Shown: piece by piece, positions 60,221-64,000 of the stretch
Position numbering within the stretch: position 1 is the first letter of the stretch
Layout of the letters: the number at the start of each line of letters is the position of its first letter
The notes under the pieces: model-generated
The model's database searches: none
What the model saw: the letters and a program-made list of their open reading frames with translations, nothing else
What the model was told of the DNA's origin: nothing
Assembly (NCBI GenBank): GCA_965222075.1
Contig: OZ244937.1
Location: 4,960,001-5,024,000 of the forward strand
Length of the DNA stretch: 64,000 nucleotides
Origin: Candidatus Latescibacterota bacterium
Lineage (GTDB): Bacteria; Latescibacterota; UBA2968; GCA-2709665
Direction of reading: 5' to 3'
Position numbers and translations under genes: made by a program

Positions 60221-61443
60221 TTATTGGCCGCTGTCCTCACCCTCTTCGCCGTCATCCATTGGGTTGCGTATTCGATCGATCTTGTCCTCGCAATATTTCT
60301 TCCATTTACGCGCATTAAGGCCCTTTTTGTAGTGGAAAATGGCCTTCTCTTTCCAGCCCGGCTTCTTGAGCGCCTCGTACGAGTCGCCGATAATGACATG
60401 TGCCGGAACCGCGTATTTCTTACTTCCGGTCGCCTTCCTGGCACTCGAAATTGCCCTTTGGTACTGCTTGGTTTCAAAATAGGCATCGGAAAGGCGAAAA
60501 TGGGCCAGGGGATTCTTGCCGTTGATCTGAATCGCGCGTTGATAAGAATTGATGGCGCTCTTGTAGTGTTTTCGCCGTGTATGGGCGTAGCCGAGGTCCA
60601 CGAGCACCTTGGCATCTTTGGGGGCAACCTGATTGGCTTTGTTCAGGATGTCTATTGCCTTTGCGGGTTGTTTTGTTTGCAGGTATACCTGCGCCAGATT
60701 GCGATAGACGATAATATTCTTAGAGTCGTTCGCAATCGCCCTGCGGTAGGCTCGAATCGCCTTGCTGTGTTCTTGGTGCTTTTATAGAGGTTGCCCAGAG
60801 CGCTGAATGCCCTGGCATATTTGGGATTGAGGGCTGTCGCGGTCGTGTAGGCCTCTTCGGCCTTTCTATAGTTCCGAGCGCCTTTGTAGGCCAACCCCAG
60901 GTTATAAAATGCGGTGGCATCGGTGGGGTCTAACTGCGTGGCATTTTCATACTGTACGATGGCATTCTTGTAGCTGCGCCGCTTGAGGTAGCGGGTGCCC
61001 TGTTGCAAATAGGCGAGTTTCAGGTATTCCCTGGACTTCCCGTCAGCAAGTTTGGGGTCGATTTCCAGGACCTTCTGGAAGCTGTCCTGAGCATCTCCGT
61101 ATTTTTTTAAGAAAGTGAGATAAATCTGTCCCAGTTCGAAGTAGGCCGCGGCATAGTCGGGTTTTACGGTAACGGCCATCCGGTAGGCCTCCACGGATTT
61201 TTGGTAATTCCTGAGCTTTTTGTAAGTACTCCCCATTGCCCGGTAGGCCTGGGCATTCTTGCCGTCGAGCCGCACCGCCTCTTCGAAGGCCGCAAGGGCT
61301 TCCTGGAACCGGCGCTTTTTGACCAGTTCCAGCCCTGAATTGTACTTTTCGGCCGATTCGGGCGAGACCTGGGCTGTGGCCGGGGTGGCCAGGCACAGAG
61401 ATGAGAGGAGAACCGTCAAAAATTTTATGGATCTCTTCCTCAT
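60221..61443 (-). pseudogene. Secreted TPR-repeat protein split by a 1-nt frameshift near 60770
   Basis: Signal peptide plus TPRs; adding one A in AAG AA CAC restores KKHSKAIRAYRRAI...VLVDLGYAH and joins ORFs 60652 and 60221. Confidence 0.8.
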
Positions 61444-61620
61444 TGTGTTACTCCATAAGAGATTATGGAAAGGGTTCGTGCTGGAACGGAACTGTAGACG
61501 GCATAATATTGCAAATTTTTGGCACGCTGTCAAGGGTTTTAACATGCCAAAGGGCCACCGTGCATTTCAGATGTCAATACGCGGTGGCCCTGATCCGGAT
61601 GCGGCATCCTGCCTGAGAAG

Positions 61621-61741
61621 CTGTCTTAAAACCCCCAGCGGTCTTCGCGCGGCTGCAAAAGCACCTGTCTGCCTGCTTGCGCGCAGCAGCGCAAGCAGGT
61701 GTCGGTCGGCGTTGGTCAAACCCATCCGTTTCTAAGATCAG
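61621..61741. repeat. MITE/REP-like element with imperfect terminal inverted repeats and an internal hairpin
   Basis: ctgtcttaaaac...gtttctaagatcag; internal cctgcttgcgc-gcagca-gcgcaagcagg. Confidence 0.35.
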
Positions 61742-62391
61742 TTGTTCAGGGTGAACTTGATCATCTGAGTCATCCGGACTCTGACCGGCTTGTCGTTTTG
61801 CATGGCCGGTTTGAAGAGGAACTGCGCTACCGCGTCTATGGCGGCCTGTCTGAAAATTTCCTGACCCTTGAGGACCTGGATCCTGCTGACGCGCCCGTCT
61901 CTTCCCACCTGGAACCTGAGGAAGACCTTGCCCTCCAGGCCGGCTTTGCGGGCAAGATCGGGATAAACAGGTTTCACTTTCTTGATCGCTACCGGTTTCT
62001 CTTCCACCTTCCAGAACTCAAGAACCTCTTCCTCCGGGGCTGCCGTGGCGCCCGGGGGCGGGGGCGGCGGGAGGTCTACCGGGGCCTGGTCGAAGTCGAG
62101 GTCGGTACTTTCGATTGTGACATCATCGGGCACGTCTTCACTCTCGGTTTCGATTGGGACCGCCGGGCGTGGAGGCGGAGGCGGCCGCTTGATCTGGCGG
62201 GTTTCCGGAATATCATCCATCTGAATGATGACCTGGTCTTTTCTGCCTGCCGTGGCCGAGATATCAAATTCGGGGAAGAGACTGGCCAACAGGACATGCA
62301 GACCAACCGAGGTGGCTGTACAGGTCCAGAAGACTCTGGGATATTTCCTCTTGAGGTCGGCAGCCGGATTTTTCCTTCGGACCATTGCCAT
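61738..62391 (-). CDS. tonB: Energy transducer TonB
   Basis: N-terminal TM helix, Pro-rich linker, YPDLARKAGLEGKV C-domain. Confidence 0.9.
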   Translation of the reverse strand: MAMVRRKNPAADLKRKYPRVFWTCTATSVGLHVLLASLFPEFDISATAGRKDQVIIQMDDIPETRQIKRPPPPPRPAVPIETESEDVPDDVTIESTDLDFDQAPVDLPPPPPPGATAAPEEEVLEFWKVEEKPVAIKKVKPVYPDLARKAGLEGKVFLRFQVGRDGRVSRIQVLKGQEIFRQAAIDAVAQFLFKPAMQNDKPVRVRMTQMIKFTLNN

Positions 62392-62397
62392 AGTTGG

Positions 62398-62808
62398 TTA
62401 CCCCTCTCTTTCGGTTGCAAAGTTGACCCGGAGGGCGTCTGCTTTGCGTAATTCTTCCAGGACTTTGGAAACCAATCCGTAGGGCGCCCTGCGATCGCAT
62501 TTGAGCGAGACAATCAGACGGGGGTTTTTTACACGGCGATCGTAAAAGATCCCCGCCACCTGTTCAATCTTGGCGTCCTTGTCGTCGATAAAAACTTTGC
62601 GGTCGGCAGAAACCCAGATGTAGGAGATGTGCCGGCGCAATTTAATCTCCTCGATCTTTTCGGCCTTGGGCAGGACGATACCGGTTACCCGGTAGCGCAC
62701 AAAGACCGTTGAGACCATAAAAAAGATGAGGAGAAGAAATGCGATATCGGCCATCGAGCTGGTGGGGATGGAGGTTCCTATCGTCGATTTTTTACTAAAA
62801 TCAGGCAT
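62398..62808 (-). CDS. exbD: Biopolymer transporter ExbD
   Basis: SMADIAFLLLIFFMV; DRRAPYG. Confidence 0.92.
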   Translation of the reverse strand: MPDFSKKSTIGTSIPTSSMADIAFLLLIFFMVSTVFVRYRVTGIVLPKAEKIEEIKLRRHISYIWVSADRKVFIDDKDAKIEQVAGIFYDRRVKNPRLIVSLKCDRRAPYGLVSKVLEELRKADALRVNFATEREG

Positions 62809-62838
62809 GTACGCGTCTCCTGAGTTCGAACAAGCCTG

Positions 62839-63249
62839 TTATTCGGGCGAGGCAAGGGAGATTCGAGTCGCGCCGGTAAGCTTAACTTCGTCCAGAACGT
62901 CGATAAAATTGGTGTACGGCGTCTCCTCAGCGGCTTTGAGTGAAATGATCAGCTTGTCGTTCTCTTCCAGGCGGCGTTCGATATCGGCGCGGAGCTGGTT
63001 GAGCGGAATCTCCTCCAGGTTGATGAGAATCTGACCGGCCGCGTTGATCCAGATGTTGCAAATGTTCTTTCTCTGAATCTTTTTTTGTTCTCCGGCCGGT
63101 GGGAGCTGCATCCCGATCCCCTTGTCCTGGTTCATCGTGGTGGTTACCAGGAAGAAGACGATCAGGAGGAAGGCGATATCCGCCATTGAGGAAGTGGGGA
63201 TCTCGGGATTGGACTTGTTCCGCCTCGCCAGGTCGCGCTTTTTTGCCAT
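62839..63249 (-). CDS. exbD: Biopolymer transporter ExbD (second copy)
   Basis: SMADIAFLLIVFFLV; YTNFIDVLDEV. Confidence 0.92.
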   Translation of the reverse strand: MAKKRDLARRNKSNPEIPTSSMADIAFLLIVFFLVTTTMNQDKGIGMQLPPAGEQKKIQRKNICNIWINAAGQILINLEEIPLNQLRADIERRLEENDKLIISLKAAEETPYTNFIDVLDEVKLTGATRISLASPE

Positions 63250-63252
63250 GGT

Positions 63253-63882
63253 CTATTCTCCGTTCTCCTCACCGCTATAGCCGGCCTGGATAAGCTCATC
63301 AATAAACTGGTTGGAACTCTCCTGCATGTCGATGATGATTTTGTCGATCCTGGAGACAAAGAAGTTGTGCAGAGCCTGGATTGGGATTGCGATGAGAAGC
63401 CCGGAGGCCGTCGTAATCAGCGCTTCGGAGATACCGCCAGCCACAATGCTGGGCTCCACGTCACCGGCGTCGGCAATCGCTTCGAAGGCGTTGATCATCC
63501 CGCTTACGGTACCGAGGAATCCGAGCAGGGGGGCAATGTTGGCGACCGTGGAAAGCCAGACCATGCCCCTTTCCAGGAAGGCCATCTCAATGGTGCCCGA
63601 CTCCTCGATGGCCTTTTCCGAGTGTTCGAGGCCCCGGTCCAGACTGAGAACACCGGCGTGGAGCACTGACGCAACCGGCCCTCGAGTGTTGGAAAAGACC
63701 TCTGCAGCGCCTTCCGGGCCCCCCCATCTAAAAGCTTGCTGGACTTCTATAAAAAAGAACTTCACATTGATCCCTGCCCAAGTCAGCGTCCAAAGGCGCT
63801 CTATGCCGACTGCGATACCAAATAACAGCATAAGCGCCAGGGGCACCATAAAGGGTCCGCCTTTAACAAACAGTTCGAGCAT
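63253..63882 (-). CDS. exbB: MotA/TolQ/ExbB proton channel
   Basis: APLLGFLGTVSGMI, GISEALITTASGL. Confidence 0.93.
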   Translation of the reverse strand: MLELFVKGGPFMVPLALMLLFGIAVGIERLWTLTWAGINVKFFFIEVQQAFRWGGPEGAAEVFSNTRGPVASVLHAGVLSLDRGLEHSEKAIEESGTIEMAFLERGMVWLSTVANIAPLLGFLGTVSGMINAFEAIADAGDVEPSIVAGGISEALITTASGLLIAIPIQALHNFFVSRIDKIIIDMQESSNQFIDELIQAGYSGEENGE

Positions 63883-64000
63883 ACCGTTATGTCCTCCCTA
63901 TGCGTATAAAAGTTATCATCTTTCAGCTGTCTCACCCTTTCTGAAAAACAGCCACTGGTATCATCCCACGCGCTGGACGCTGGGACGGGTCTCTCGATAT

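Overview
GC-rich bacterial chromosome segment dense with catabolic enzymes (Gfo/Idh/MocA, SDR, enolase-superfamily, PLP enzymes, LarA, uronate isomerase). It also carries housekeeping genes (kbl, queF, mqnB/mqnD, mnmA, def, YifB/comM, exbB-exbD-exbD-tonB). I saw no rRNA, tRNA, CRISPR array or intact transposase. The most striking part is a lower-GC restriction-modification locus at ~42.0-47.1 kb between mnmA and a PIG-L deacetylase. It holds an RHH-led BamHI-type M/R system and a Dam-family MTase plus putative REase pair. Between them lies a patchwork of exact or near-exact copies of neighbouring sequence (292 bp, 85 bp, 30 bp) that repeats the locus order, plus Fic and type III Mod fragments. 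This looks like two alternative RM alleles of one hotspot arranged in tandem. Other notable signals are several genes with large internal deletions that keep both ends (three in frame), a promoter-hairpin-terminator unit likely encoding a ~100-nt sRNA, an apparent absence of CTAG with many TTA-G codons, a probable CTG start codon, and several intergenic palindromic repeat families. All family calls come from motif recognition by eye; no database searches were run.
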